From a virus (taxonomy: Duplodnaviria; Caudoviricetes): a stretch of DNA of 52,944 bases. Position numbers and translations under genes: made by a program. This document shows positions 1 through 9,883 of this stretch, piece by piece. The first letter of the stretch is position 1. Each line of letters begins with the position of its first letter. The DNA lies in the IMG/VR virus record IMGVR_UViG_3300009678_000068, positions 1-52,944 of that record; one strand, given 5' to 3'. The notes beneath the pieces are model-generated. The model ran no database searches and was not told the DNA's origin. It worked only from the letters and a program-made list of their open reading frames with translations.

Positions 1-591
1 AAGATACACCCAGCAGGCCAGGGTAAAGCTCGTATTCGCTCCGGCTGAGAGCGTCGCGTTATCGGCCACGCTAAGATACGTGCCTGCCGTGCCGTTCATG
101 GCGAGGGCGCTGCCAATTTTGCCCGCCGCATTCGTGACCTGCGCGGTGGTGCCGGTCGGCACCAGATGATTCGTCCCGATACTATCGAGGCGGTTGCCGG
201 TGGCTTCTTCGAGATCCCAATAGGCTAGCAGGCCACTCGTCAGGGTCGTGGTGGCGGAAACGGCGCGACTCCAGTAATTCGTGCCGCCGCCTGCTGCTGG
301 CGTACTCCACCCGCCGGTGCCATTGAGGTACTCGGTCGCCGTGCCGGAGAGCTTACGCAGCAGCCCATGCGCCGTCGTCGAGGCATTGAGGGTGGTCACG
401 TCCGCCAGGAGCCACTTGGCTTCGGTGATGCTAGCATCCTTGACGATACCCGTGATACTCGGCGTGGCGGCGTCATAGGTGAAATCCAGCGTGGCGCTGT
501 CGGTGAGGATGGTCCCTACCGCATCTTGCGCCTGCTCATCGGTATAACTCGATCCAGCACCGGCGACAGGGGGATACGGGTCGACGCTCAC
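1..591 (-). CDS. Tail fibre/virion protein with LamG (concanavalin A-like) domain, partial (runs off left edge)
   Basis: Not in ORF track. The GTG start overlaps the upstream TGA (GTGA). Translates MSVDPYPP...DEQAQDAVGTILTDSATLDFTYD...GLLAYWDLEEATGNRLDS...GKIGSAL...SFTLACWVY, a typical LamG N-terminus. Confidence 0.75.
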   Translation of the reverse strand, partial: MSVDPYPPVAGAGSSYTDEQAQDAVGTILTDSATLDFTYDAATPSITGIVKDASITEAKWLLADVTTLNASTTAHGLLRKLSGTATEYLNGTGGWSTPAAGGGTNYWSRAVSATTTLTSGLLAYWDLEEATGNRLDSIGTNHLVPTGTTAQVTNAAGKIGSALAMNGTAGTYLSVADNATLSAGANTSFTLACWVYL

Positions 592-2057
592 GGCGTACCT
601 CCTTCAAGGGCTTCGAGACGCAGAATCACGTCCTGAAGTGCCCCCACCACCCACGGAATCACTTTACTGTTGTCCACTTGCTGCGGGCGTACCGTACCAT
701 CGTCGTTCACGGCGTCCGGCTCACCCGTCACCGCGTCAGGAATCACCTGCTGCAGCTCGTGCGCCAGGAAACCGACGCCCAGCTCGTCGTTCGCGTTCCA
801 GCGAAACGCCACTGGCCGCAGCGCCCGCACACGTTCTAGCGCGCCGGCGAGCGTGGCGATGGCGTGCTTCAAGCGCTGATCTGAGCTGGTGTTGTACGTC
901 GTCGCTGTGGCAGTTGTGTGTATGGACCCCACAACCGTATTGGCAACATTCGCAAAGGTCACCGGGCCGAGCGGTCCCGTATCGTTCCCTGAGTGTTTGA
1001 ATTTGATGCCCCCAAACGTATCGCGAGCCACGTCAATGGAGAGCCGAAAGTTGGATTCTGGCGTGTTATATCCTGCGCCAAGCCCCACTGGCCCCGCAAA
1101 ATAATTCGGCGCGGTGCCATTGGCGTAGATGTTAAAGCGATTCGTCCCTGCGGCGATGTCACTACGCACACCGACAGCTTGCAGCAGTGTGGCTGACTGA
1201 GGTGCCACATAGAGCCCGTAAAAGGATGCCGTCGCCAACCCAGCCCCGGTTGTGGCTTCAACACGTACACCAGTGAGACCGACAGCGCCCGCAGGTGCCA
1301 CAGGCCATATCCGCGCACTGTGATACGAGTTCGCCGCATCACTCGCCACCACACTGCCCTGCACATCCAGCACGCCCGTTGGCGCATGCCCGCCAATGCT
1401 GATCGCGCCATCCGTAATCGCCACCGCACCCGCGTTCTGTGTGGCGAGCGTGCCCAGCCCCAGCGTCGTGCGCTGCGCCGCCGCGTCGGCCCCGGCCACC
1501 AGCGTGCGCCCCGCCGCCGTGAACGTCGCCAGCGCCGCGGTGCCGAGTCCGGTAAAGTACGGCAGCGTATCTGCGGCACTGACCAGGACAGCGAGCGCCG
1601 CGAGTTCAGGATCTTGCGCCACAAACTCCAGGGCCAGTTCTGCCGCGTTGACTTTGACAAACCGTGTCGCCATACCGGTGTAGGCATCAGGGGTATCGAC
1701 AAGTCCTAAGAAGGTCCCCACGCCGCCATTGGCGAGCGCCTGTTCTTCGCCCCAGACCATGACCGTCAGATTCGCATCCCCCGCATACGCCCTGAGCACG
1801 TCCGTATTGGCGAGGCATACGCCCATCGTAAAGGGCACCATCGTATTGGCCGCAATCGAGACGTCGTAGGCAAAATACTGGCCCATGGCATCTGCAGCGC
1901 CTGCTGGCGCATGGCTCAAGCGAAAGGTCGTGGCGGTCGCTCCACGGTTACACACGACAATCGTGGAGACCGCCACCTCCGCGGTCGCGGTGTAGATGGT
2001 CGTGAGCGTCGTGGCGCCAAGCGCCACGCCACAGAGTTGTTTGAGGCCTGCTGGCAT
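588..2057 (-). CDS. Tail fibre protein with C-terminal peptidase S74 intramolecular chaperone
   Basis: TSSDQRLK...RALRPVAFRWN...GFLAHELQQVIPDAV motif and terminal coiled coil. Confidence 0.85.
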   Translation of the reverse strand: MPAGLKQLCGVALGATTLTTIYTATAEVAVSTIVVCNRGATATTFRLSHAPAGAADAMGQYFAYDVSIAANTMVPFTMGVCLANTDVLRAYAGDANLTVMVWGEEQALANGGVGTFLGLVDTPDAYTGMATRFVKVNAAELALEFVAQDPELAALAVLVSAADTLPYFTGLGTAALATFTAAGRTLVAGADAAAQRTTLGLGTLATQNAGAVAITDGAISIGGHAPTGVLDVQGSVVASDAANSYHSARIWPVAPAGAVGLTGVRVEATTGAGLATASFYGLYVAPQSATLLQAVGVRSDIAAGTNRFNIYANGTAPNYFAGPVGLGAGYNTPESNFRLSIDVARDTFGGIKFKHSGNDTGPLGPVTFANVANTVVGSIHTTATATTYNTSSDQRLKHAIATLAGALERVRALRPVAFRWNANDELGVGFLAHELQQVIPDAVTGEPDAVNDDGTVRPQQVDNSKVIPWVVGALQDVILRLEALEGGTP

Positions 2058-2059
2058 CG

Positions 2060-3451
2060 TTAGCTACCCATGTGCATGAAAACGCGTTTGCGCGAACGAT
2101 CCGGGACAGTGATGGTCGTGCCACCACCGCCACTCCCGGTGGCAGAGAGGACACCGCCGGCCAGGGCCAGGCCAGCCCCCACGGTAATCTCGTGCGGTGG
2201 ACCCGCGACGCCATTCGAGCGTCCGAGCACGCGCTGGTTGGCCATGTCCTGCATCTTCGCAAACGTGACAGACCCATTGTCGATCTGTGCTGTCCCGACC
2301 GTATCGAGCAGCGCCAGGTCTTGCAGCCCGAGCTGCGTCCGCATCTCGCCCACGTTTGCCGCGCCCACAAACGTACGTGCCGCAGCGGTAAACGCCGTCG
2401 TCGCCACGGTGTCTGGGCCCGTGAAGTACGGCAGCGTATTGGCACTGGTGGTCAACGCCGCGAGCGCGGCCAGGAGGGCATCGTACTGCTGCACGTTTAC
2501 CCCTGGTACGAGTCCTAGCGCGCTCTGGGCGCCTGGGACCGTCGTGGCCCCGGTGCCGCCCTGCGTGATCGGCACCGGGACACTCAGCGCGGGACCATAC
2601 TCCAGCGCTGTCATGGCGGCATTCACGCGCAACATCGCGCCTGCCGCCCCCGCATAGGTATCCGGCGTATCGAGGAGCTGCAACCAGGTGGTCGCGCCGC
2701 CACCGCCCCCGCCGACGATAAATTCCAAGCCGTTCGCGGTCGCGTTGACCGCCACGACTTTGCCTTCCTGACCGGTGTACGTATTGGGCGTATCAAGCAA
2801 GGAAAGGAAGTTGTCGATTCCCCCGGTGCCAGGCACAAACTCAATCCCCGATTCATCGCCCTTGATGCGTAAGATCCTGTTCGCCTGCCCGACATACGTA
2901 TCCGGCGTATCGAACAACGCCAGAACCGTCTGCGGCAGCACCGCCCACTGCAGCGCCGTCTCGTCCGGCGTCACCTGTAAGACCTTGAGCGCCTGGCCCG
3001 CAAACGAATCAGGGACGTCGTCCAGTCCCAGAATCGACGTGACCAGATCGACATACTCCAGCGCGCTCATACTCGTACCAACGCGCACGCCTTTCCCGGC
3101 CTGTCCGGTATACGCCCCTGGACCGTCCACCAGCGTCACAAACGAGGCCGCTGGGGCAGGGCGCAGCGCGATCCCGGCAATCGCCAGCCCCTGCGCCTCG
3201 ATCTGCGCTTTCACGACTGCGAGCTGCTCCACCGTGGCGGCGTTCGACGGCGTCGTACTGGTGCCCACGTTGTTGATGCCGTTCTGTCCCAGATCGACGC
3301 CATTATAAAATTTGACCGGCCCGCTGAAACCATATCTATTTGATAAGTGTTGCGTTATTCTATCGAGGGTCCGGTTGATATCGTGAGACAAGCTCATGGC
3401 ATCGCTGGTAGGCAAGATCCTCAAGGGGTCAATACTGTTCGCGACAGGCAT
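2060..3451 (-). CDS. Tail fibre-like protein with internal DTPxTYxGQ repeats
   Basis: Five to six repeats of F/WxxLxDTPxxYxGQxxKxxxV...LEF, and an LPYFTG module shared with 588..2057. Confidence 0.75.
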   Translation of the reverse strand: MPVANSIDPLRILPTSDAMSLSHDINRTLDRITQHLSNRYGFSGPVKFYNGVDLGQNGINNVGTSTTPSNAATVEQLAVVKAQIEAQGLAIAGIALRPAPAASFVTLVDGPGAYTGQAGKGVRVGTSMSALEYVDLVTSILGLDDVPDSFAGQALKVLQVTPDETALQWAVLPQTVLALFDTPDTYVGQANRILRIKGDESGIEFVPGTGGIDNFLSLLDTPNTYTGQEGKVVAVNATANGLEFIVGGGGGGATTWLQLLDTPDTYAGAAGAMLRVNAAMTALEYGPALSVPVPITQGGTGATTVPGAQSALGLVPGVNVQQYDALLAALAALTTSANTLPYFTGPDTVATTAFTAAARTFVGAANVGEMRTQLGLQDLALLDTVGTAQIDNGSVTFAKMQDMANQRVLGRSNGVAGPPHEITVGAGLALAGGVLSATGSGGGGTTITVPDRSRKRVFMHMGS

Positions 3452-4080
3452 TACGCGCCTCCCCCGAGAAGCGCTTGCAAGACGATCTTGGCGAGCGCGC
3501 CAAAACTCTGGCCGCGTTCTTTATCGTGATACTCGGAGTCCTGCCCTGACAGCGCGCTCACGGTCATAAACACCACCAGGTCTTCAAACACCTCCTGAAG
3601 CGGAAACGTGCCAGCCACCACATCAGGCGGCGTCACCCACCTGAACGCGACAAGATTATTCGTGATGTCCCCGGCAATCGTCTGCGGTGGATCGTGTACC
3701 AGCGCCGAACCCGTCGTGTGCGGCACAGGAATCAGGCGTAGCGTCTCTGCAGGTTCGAGCGGGACCGTAAAGTATTGCGGATTGCCACTGGCCTGATCCC
3801 AATCCCGGCGCAAGCGCGTCAGCGCGTCTTCCTGCACCGGACGCAAGCTGCGCCCGTCGCACAGGACTTCGGCAAAATCGACCGTGTCTGTACTGAACGT
3901 GTATTCACTCTGGCCCGCAATAACCTGTTGCCAGGTCACAGCGCCCAGCAATTGTTGACGACCGATGTGCGCGATACTCTCGCGCAACTGCGCTTCGACC
4001 TGCGCCGGCGTCCAGGCATCTGCCGCCTCATCCTGGAGATAGATTTGCACGCGCGTCACCAGCGCCGCAATCGTGGCCAT
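3451..4080 (-). CDS. Head-tail adaptor/ring-like virion protein
   Basis: About 210 aa; MATxxxLVTRV..L.D...W, AGQSEY, GNPQYF..LRLIPVP pattern typical of podovirus adaptors. Confidence 0.6.
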   Translation of the reverse strand: MATIAALVTRVQIYLQDEAADAWTPAQVEAQLRESIAHIGRQQLLGAVTWQQVIAGQSEYTFSTDTVDFAEVLCDGRSLRPVQEDALTRLRRDWDQASGNPQYFTVPLEPAETLRLIPVPHTTGSALVHDPPQTIAGDITNNLVAFRWVTPPDVVAGTFPLQEVFEDLVVFMTVSALSGQDSEYHDKERGQSFGALAKIVLQALLGGGA

Positions 4081-4082
4081 AC

Positions 4083-4223
4083 TTAGCGCCCCATGGGTAA
4101 TGCCCTGAGTAATTCAATCAGGCATAAAATAATGACCGACACCCACAACGGAGCCCTGGCCATCGCTGCTGCTACAGCACAGATGAGGGCGGCAATCGCC
4201 AAAACAACGGTCACAGTCAGCAT
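4083..4223 (-). CDS. Small 2-TM membrane protein (possible holin), 46 aa
   Basis: GGAGG RBS; MLTVTVVLAIAALICAVAAAMARAPLWVSVIILCLIELLRALPMGR; below the ORF-track cutoff. Confidence 0.5.
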   Translation of the reverse strand: MLTVTVVLAIAALICAVAAAMARAPLWVSVIILCLIELLRALPMGR

Positions 4224-4232
4224 ACATACCTC

Positions 4233-4805
4233 CTAGCGCACGATCACCTCGACGCGACGATTCTTCGGTTCTGGCCGCTCTGGCGCATCGATGACCGGCT
4301 GGCGCTCGCCGCGTCCGACTGTGCGCACAAACGTAGCGGTGAGCCCGGCGTGCACCAGGAGCGCACGCACCGCCTCAGCCCTGCTCAGCGAGAGCGCATC
4401 ATTCGCCGCGTCCGTGCCGACCTGATCCGTGTGGCCGGTGATCTCCACCTCCACCACACCGCGCCGCTGCATTTCCGCCAGCAGGGCCCCGAGGGTCACC
4501 AGGCCAGCCGCATCGAGGGCCACTTTGCCCGTCGCAAAGTGAAACACAAAGTGTGCAGATGGCTCCGGCGCACTCGCAATCACCGCCCCGTAGCGCGCCT
4601 GAATCAGTTCAGGCGGCAACAGGCCCAGAGCAATCTGCCCATGCGCACCGATCACCGCCGTGCTGTCAGGGAGCGTTAACACCGCCACACCCTTCTGGGT
4701 CGTCACGGTCAACTCCTCGCCTGGCTCTGCGCCGAGCAGCACAATGCGCTCGCGTGGCCCCGCGCAGGCACTCAGCAGCAGCCAGAGGAGCGCGAGACGC
4801 CTCAC
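4233..4805 (-). CDS. OmpA-family lipoprotein
   Basis: GTG start overlapping the upstream stop; lipobox LLLSA-C; OmpA-C motifs GHTD..G....N..LS..RA and NRRVEV. Confidence 0.9.
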   Translation of the reverse strand: MRRLALLWLLLSACAGPRERIVLLGAEPGEELTVTTQKGVAVLTLPDSTAVIGAHGQIALGLLPPELIQARYGAVIASAPEPSAHFVFHFATGKVALDAAGLVTLGALLAEMQRRGVVEVEITGHTDQVGTDAANDALSLSRAEAVRALLVHAGLTATFVRTVGRGERQPVIDAPERPEPKNRRVEVIVR

Positions 4806-5191
4806 GGCTTTTTCACCTTTTCGACCGGCAGAGACACCCACCTGTAGATGGGTTCCCACGCGCCGACGTGATACCGCAGCAGCGTATCGCCCGTGCTCTG
4901 GCACAGCGTCACGCGCACAACAATGTTATGCGGCCCATCCACTTCGTAGCTACTCCCCTGCTGCAGACACGCCAAATTACGCTGCCAGAGACGATCCTGT
5001 TCCTGTGCGAGCTGCAATTCCGAGCGTGCCACGCCCAGGCGTATCGCCTTCAACTCATGCCACACCGTAGGAATACTCCCCCCAATGGACAGCGCCAGCG
5101 TCGGATACAGGATCAAATACTGCCAGATTTTCGTGGGCGGTGTCGGCGCGGGCATTGCCGCTGACACCGGCGTCGTCACGCTTTCTGCCAT
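4802..5191 (-). CDS. Single-TM membrane protein with short coiled coil
   Basis: Hydrophobic WQYLILYPTLALSIGGSI, heptad ELQLAQEQ, two Cys. Confidence 0.6.
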   Translation of the reverse strand: MAESVTTPVSAAMPAPTPPTKIWQYLILYPTLALSIGGSIPTVWHELKAIRLGVARSELQLAQEQDRLWQRNLACLQQGSSYEVDGPHNIVVRVTLCQSTGDTLLRYHVGAWEPIYRWVSLPVEKVKKP

Positions 5192-5219
5192 AGACTACTC
5201 TGTTCCACGTGCAACCCAA

Positions 5220-5912
5220 CTAGGCGCTCGCTTTCGCAGCGATGGCCTGTTCGCGATACTGCTCAGCGCGCATTTGCTTGAGGAGCTGGCGTAGTGGTTC
5301 TACTTTCAAAATCGTTTCCATTTGCTGCACGGCCTGCTGGCACTCCCCCTTGCCCTCTTTGAGCATCAGGAGATTTGCCGCCAGGTCACTGAGCACCGGA
5401 TGCCACTGCGTCGGCAGATCCGGTTCCTGCGTCAGCACACTCCAGGACAGTGCCGTAGGCACCGCGGCATAGACCAGCGTCAGCGTGACGGGCTGCGTAT
5501 GGCGTGGCCAGGTCCCGATCAAGCTCAACCCGTGCGTGTACCAGTGCGTCGGCGTCGGCGCCAGGCGTGTCATCCAGTCGCGCTGCCCGCGCAAGGACGC
5601 CAGGGATATTTTGCGCAGATCGCCTAAGCGTCCCTGCGTAGGAACGGGAACTGGCGGCGTCAGCGTCACGTCCCCGAGCGCAATCCGCTGCGGACGCCAG
5701 GCGCTTGGCGCGGCACTGCGCAGGTCAATCAGGGGCTCGTCCACGCCGCGCTGGATCAGCGTCCTGCGCGTGTAGAGATCCGGCCTGAGCAGGCACAGGA
5801 GGCGCTGGGCCGGGTTCAGCCCGTTGTCGACCGTTTCAGACTCGGTCCAGAACACCCGTTGGCCAATCCCCAATTTCTGATACGTACGATCCACCAGCTC
5901 TTGCGTATTCAT
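5220..5912 (-). CDS. Adaptor/ring-like virion protein (paralog)
   Basis: MNTQELVDR...FWT...LN.AQ, PTHWY...GTWP, PDLP.QWH.VL pattern. Confidence 0.6.
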   Translation of the reverse strand: MNTQELVDRTYQKLGIGQRVFWTESETVDNGLNPAQRLLCLLRPDLYTRRTLIQRGVDEPLIDLRSAAPSAWRPQRIALGDVTLTPPVPVPTQGRLGDLRKISLASLRGQRDWMTRLAPTPTHWYTHGLSLIGTWPRHTQPVTLTLVYAAVPTALSWSVLTQEPDLPTQWHPVLSDLAANLLMLKEGKGECQQAVQQMETILKVEPLRQLLKQMRAEQYREQAIAAKASA

Positions 5913-6286
5913 ACACCCGCCACATACACCAGGACCGTTGCTGGCTGACCATCGACGGCGCTATACGTGACACTCACCGCATTCGCCGCTGGCAACGCGC
6001 CCCCGGCAAACCCGATCACACCACCCGCCTGCACGGTTTTCGGTTGATTTGATGCCACGGCCCCAAGCGTAATACTGACCGGCTTATTCGACGTCACCCA
6101 CAACGTCGTAATGGTCACCATCCCTGGTGGCAGCGTCAGTGCCTGATTCGTCGTCCCCGACGCAATCGGCACTTCGTAGGCATCGGCACGCGTCGCGGCG
6201 AGATCATTCCGCACCTGCCAGGGCGCGCGCCAGCCCAGAGACCCCAGCAACTCTGCCTGTACCGTCGTGCGTGCCGTGAGCGGCAT
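5909..6286 (-). CDS. Virion protein, hypothetical beta-rich
   Basis: Overlapping start/stop within the structural operon; similar to the N-terminus of 6308..7375. Confidence 0.55.
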   Translation of the reverse strand: MPLTARTTVQAELLGSLGWRAPWQVRNDLAATRADAYEVPIASGTTNQALTLPPGMVTITTLWVTSNKPVSITLGAVASNQPKTVQAGGVIGFAGGALPAANAVSVTYSAVDGQPATVLVYVAGV

Positions 6287-6307
6287 CGTGATATCCTTTG
6301 CGGTGTC

Positions 6308-7375
6308 TTAACCTCGGCCTGCATTCCACACGTCAGTGCGTTCAGCCGCGGTCAGCGCCCGTGGCCAATACAGCAGTTGATCCAGGCGCCCATGGTAGTG
6401 CGCCTCCATCCTGTCCGCCGCGCTCCCGATCGCTCCCACGACGAGCGGCGCCCCGAAGGGATCGACATGCGCGCCATTCCCCGTGCTGGCAATCGGCCCG
6501 TTGTCGAGCTGGATATTGGTCGTACCACTGTCGCCGGGCGTCAGGGACGAGGCCCAGGCGATCACCAGATGCCAGGCACCCAGGCTCGGGGGCGCCACGG
6601 AACTGACCAACCCCCGAAACCCCGACCCAACACTCATCTGGAGCAGATGATCATCAGGGCGCACAATACAATAGAAAAAATACTGTCCCGCATTGAGCGT
6701 GTACCCACTCCCCACCAGACACCAGGACTGCGGCGAGGGATAGGCGTCAATCTGCATCCAGAAGGCGAGCGTAAAGGGCGGCTGGAACATCGTGCCGTCT
6801 CCCCCCGCCTGCAGCCAGTTCGTCCCGGTAAAACTCGCCGCCCGCCCCACCTTCCCTGGCACGCCGGCCGTGGGCGTGCCGCCTTCCTGGAGCGCCACGC
6901 CGCTGACGTGATCCGCGCGGGTCCCGCTCAGTTCGTCAAGGTCATAACACCGCATGAGCTGCTGGGACAGCGTCGGATGCAACGCAAAGCGCGCACACCC
7001 AGCCGTCCGGCCCAGGAACAGGACGGCGCAGGTGGCGACGGAGCCATCCCCAGGGGTATAACTCACCACACAAGCGCTGTCCGCTGGCATGTCACTGTCC
7101 AGCAGCGCGTAGACCCCCCAGGGGCGGAGCGTCAGCGGTTGATTCTGCGCCACATCTCCGCTACACACCTGCACCGTTTTATCGCTCACAAAGAGCAGGC
7201 CAGAGACCTGTCCCCCCGGCGCAGGAACGACGGCCCGGTTCAGCGTCCCATCAGGGAGCGCGATTTCCAGGACCTCGCCATACTCCCCCGACAGCGCCAG
7301 CACGCGTTCGAGCGCAATGCGGCCAGCCGCCAGCAGCAGCTCCGTGCGCAGAGACGCGCGCAAGCTCATGGGCAT
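6308..7375 (-). CDS. LamG-domain virion protein
   Basis: YDLDELSGTRAD, GKVGRAASF, FTLAFW, WHLV, GRLDQLLYWPRALT motifs. Confidence 0.8.
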   Translation of the reverse strand: MPMSLRASLRTELLLAAGRIALERVLALSGEYGEVLEIALPDGTLNRAVVPAPGGQVSGLLFVSDKTVQVCSGDVAQNQPLTLRPWGVYALLDSDMPADSACVVSYTPGDGSVATCAVLFLGRTAGCARFALHPTLSQQLMRCYDLDELSGTRADHVSGVALQEGGTPTAGVPGKVGRAASFTGTNWLQAGGDGTMFQPPFTLAFWMQIDAYPSPQSWCLVGSGYTLNAGQYFFYCIVRPDDHLLQMSVGSGFRGLVSSVAPPSLGAWHLVIAWASSLTPGDSGTTNIQLDNGPIASTGNGAHVDPFGAPLVVGAIGSAADRMEAHYHGRLDQLLYWPRALTAAERTDVWNAGRG

Positions 7376-7376
7376 G

Positions 7377-8069
7377 TCAGCGCGTCCACCGAGCCGGCCA
7401 GCGTGGGTAAAACATCTTCAGCTTTTTCCTGGCCGCGTTGTTGACCACGGCAGAGAGCAACGACGCATATTCGTCTTTGAGCGCTGCGGCCTGCGGCAGG
7501 CCCCGATCTGAGGCAATCTGATACAGCGTGCCAGCGACCAGGGCTGTTGGTTCGTCCAGAATAATCTCGTCTTGTAAGTCCAGGTCTGGCCGCTGCACAG
7601 CCGCCATGTAGACACCTTGCGCGAGATAATTGGCCCCGCCGTTGGTATCTGGCGGCGGATCAAGCACGATCTGGCGTCCCGAGAGCGTAAAATGCGACGG
7701 CTTCCCTTGCTGCAGCGTGGACTGACTCCTAAACGCAATGGCTTCCCTGAAGGCAATCGAGAACGCTTTCGTACTCCCACCAGCCAGATACAGCCCAGAA
7801 TCCCCCGTGCCGCCCACGTTGAGATACTGTTGATCAGATGTGCCAAGTAACCGGCCAAAGTCTTCCGGCAAGGGATAGCTTGTGCGCCCTGGGAGCGTCT
7901 GAAACATGCTATCGTTGTTCACCATATAGGACGGGATATCATACGTATCCACGATATTCTGAAGGACATTCCATGCGGCCAAGACCATATCAGCACTATC
8001 GTCAGGAAGCCCCAGGCGCTTGCCGCGCCCCTCTAACATGTCACTGATATCGAGCCAGCGTGTAGCCAT
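7377..8069 (-). CDS. Adaptor/ring-like virion protein (paralog)
   Basis: TLPGRTSYPLPEDF, GKPSHFT...IVLDPPPD pattern. Confidence 0.6.
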   Translation of the reverse strand: MATRWLDISDMLEGRGKRLGLPDDSADMVLAAWNVLQNIVDTYDIPSYMVNNDSMFQTLPGRTSYPLPEDFGRLLGTSDQQYLNVGGTGDSGLYLAGGSTKAFSIAFREAIAFRSQSTLQQGKPSHFTLSGRQIVLDPPPDTNGGANYLAQGVYMAAVQRPDLDLQDEIILDEPTALVAGTLYQIASDRGLPQAAALKDEYASLLSAVVNNAARKKLKMFYPRWPARWTR

Positions 8070-8077
8070 GCGTGTTC

Positions 8078-8674
8078 CTACAGCACCGTCAGATGCGACG
8101 ACGGCACGCCGTAATACTGCTGCACTTTCACGGCATCCGACCCTTCCAGGACCAGCTCGCCGCCGCCGATAAATGTCAGCGTTAACGTGGGCACCGGCTG
8201 CGGCACGGGCGCCTCGTCAGGCGCGGCTGTGAGCGTAAAATTCAGCGCGCTTGACATCGTGCTGTCGAGGTTGCGCACCAACACCGGCACGGGTCCGGCT
8301 GTCGTAGCGCTCGCCATGTCGACCTGCGTGGTGAGTTCGGTGTCGCTGACAAACGTCGTCACCTCATCACTGCCATTCCAGACAATGACCGAGCCGTCTT
8401 CAAAGTTCGACCCCTGCACGGAGAGCACAAACGACGGGTCCCCCAGCGCCGCCTCCGCCGGGACCAACGCCGTCAGGCCCGGCACGCCAACCCGTGGCGT
8501 GACGGTCTCGTCACCCAGATCCCGTGGCGCTGGCGCGAACGCGCTTTCTGGCGTGCGCGCTGGCGTGCGCGTACCCAGGGCAGCGGGCGGCGTGGGCGGC
8601 TGCACCAGCTCATAGCTCCAGTGCGCCACGGCTTGATCGTTAAACCCAATTTCAGGACAGACTTTGACAAACAT
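8078..8674 (-). CDS. Virion protein with IPT/TIG Ig-like domain
   Basis: LTALVP...LSVQGSNF..GSVIVWNG...TTFVSDTELT...V.VRN. Confidence 0.75.
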   Translation of the reverse strand: MFVKVCPEIGFNDQAVAHWSYELVQPPTPPAALGTRTPARTPESAFAPAPRDLGDETVTPRVGVPGLTALVPAEAALGDPSFVLSVQGSNFEDGSVIVWNGSDEVTTFVSDTELTTQVDMASATTAGPVPVLVRNLDSTMSSALNFTLTAAPDEAPVPQPVPTLTLTFIGGGELVLEGSDAVKVQQYYGVPSSHLTVL

Positions 8675-8683
8675 GCGTGCTCC

Positions 8684-9673
8684 TCATGCCACCCGCATCG
8701 GCGGACGGCGTCTGGCCCACTCGGCAATCGCGCCTGGCGCGCACATGGCGTGCGCCAGCACAATCACGGCTTGCGGCGCCGTGCCGGTCATGACGACTTT
8801 GAGGCCGTGTTGAAAATACCCCGCCTCTTTGCCAGGGTGATACTGGCGATCCGCGATATCGCTCGTGAGAGTCGGCGCCAGGCGTTCTTCGTTGGGATGC
8901 AGCGCCACATCTGAGTCATACAGGTCGAGCGTGTTATCCGTGTCGTGCCCCGCAATCAAATTGATGCGGGCGTAGCGCCCTGAGCCAGGAATCACCACCC
9001 CGCTACTGGTCAGCGTGATAATCTGGGGATAGCGCTCCGGGAGCCCGAAGACGCGCGCGTCGCCCACGACAACCTGATCAAACACCAGAAAGCCTTGCGT
9101 GATCCCGGCCGTCGGGGCGATCATCCCCAGGCTGAGCCCGGTCAGTCCCTCTGCCGTCAAGGGGCTCATCGGCGCCCCCACGATGCCCCCGTTCAGGAGC
9201 GGCTGCAGCGTCATGGCATCCGTCACAAACTCCATGCAGTGCCACTGGCCGAGCGCCACCCCCGTGGAGCGCGCCTGGTCGACAGCCCACGTTCCCTGAA
9301 TCGTCAGTCGCGGCGTACCGGTCGTGTTCTCCAGGATGAGCAGCGTCTGATCCGTTCCCGAATCAATCTGGGCCAGGGTGACATTGGCCGCGAGCGGCAT
9401 GACCAGGTTCGGACTCACATAGAACAGGAAGCGCGCCGCCCCGACTGCGGCTGGCGTCAGTGCTGGCGTGGTCACAAACGCGCTGTCTGCCCCAAGCGAC
9501 AGATCACAGCAATGCGCGTAGGCGCCCCGGTAGGGAATCTCCCCGACATTCATGCGCACCAGCTCGCTATAGTGCCGCACGGCCATCTGCGCCGGCGTGC
9601 CAGGGTTGGTCACGCTGGCAAACTGCGAGAAGTCGCCGGTTTCAAAATCACCCTGAAACTGATAGGGGAACAC
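8684..9673 (-). CDS. Virion protein with lectin/LamG-like beta sandwich
   Basis: DFETGDFSQF start, GQWHCMEF, FDQVVV. Confidence 0.6.
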   Translation of the reverse strand: MFPYQFQGDFETGDFSQFASVTNPGTPAQMAVRHYSELVRMNVGEIPYRGAYAHCCDLSLGADSAFVTTPALTPAAVGAARFLFYVSPNLVMPLAANVTLAQIDSGTDQTLLILENTTGTPRLTIQGTWAVDQARSTGVALGQWHCMEFVTDAMTLQPLLNGGIVGAPMSPLTAEGLTGLSLGMIAPTAGITQGFLVFDQVVVGDARVFGLPERYPQIITLTSSGVVIPGSGRYARINLIAGHDTDNTLDLYDSDVALHPNEERLAPTLTSDIADRQYHPGKEAGYFQHGLKVVMTGTAPQAVIVLAHAMCAPGAIAEWARRRPPMRVA

Positions 9674-9674
9674 G

Positions 9675-9881
9675 CTAGGACTCCTTCTTGAACACCAGGA
9701 CCGTCACAGGGACGCCGGACTGCGGCCCCACCATGCCGCCGACCTGTGTCACCGGCGTCAACCGCGTCCCCATGCTGACAAAGTGCCACCCCTGCTGCGC
9801 CTGCGCTTCGAGCAACGAGGCGAGTTCTTCGACCCAGACTGGCTCATCCACCGGATGAAAGGTCAGCACCAGGTAGCGCAT
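9675..9881 (-). CDS. DUF4177-like small protein
   Basis: Y.V...L......QGWHFVS...LVFKK pattern. Confidence 0.5.
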   Translation of the reverse strand: MRYLVLTFHPVDEPVWVEELASLLEAQAQQGWHFVSMGTRLTPVTQVGGMVGPQSGVPVTVLVFKKES

Positions 9882-9883
9882 AG

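Noticed and set aside
6377-7444. Long antisense ORFs in the structural region (also 22859..24010, 15350..16180)
   Set aside because: Shadow frames of high-GC genes with no recognisable motifs.
1-9673. Diversity-generating retroelement acting on tail fibres
   Set aside because: No reverse transcriptase and no template/variable repeat pair was seen in the window.
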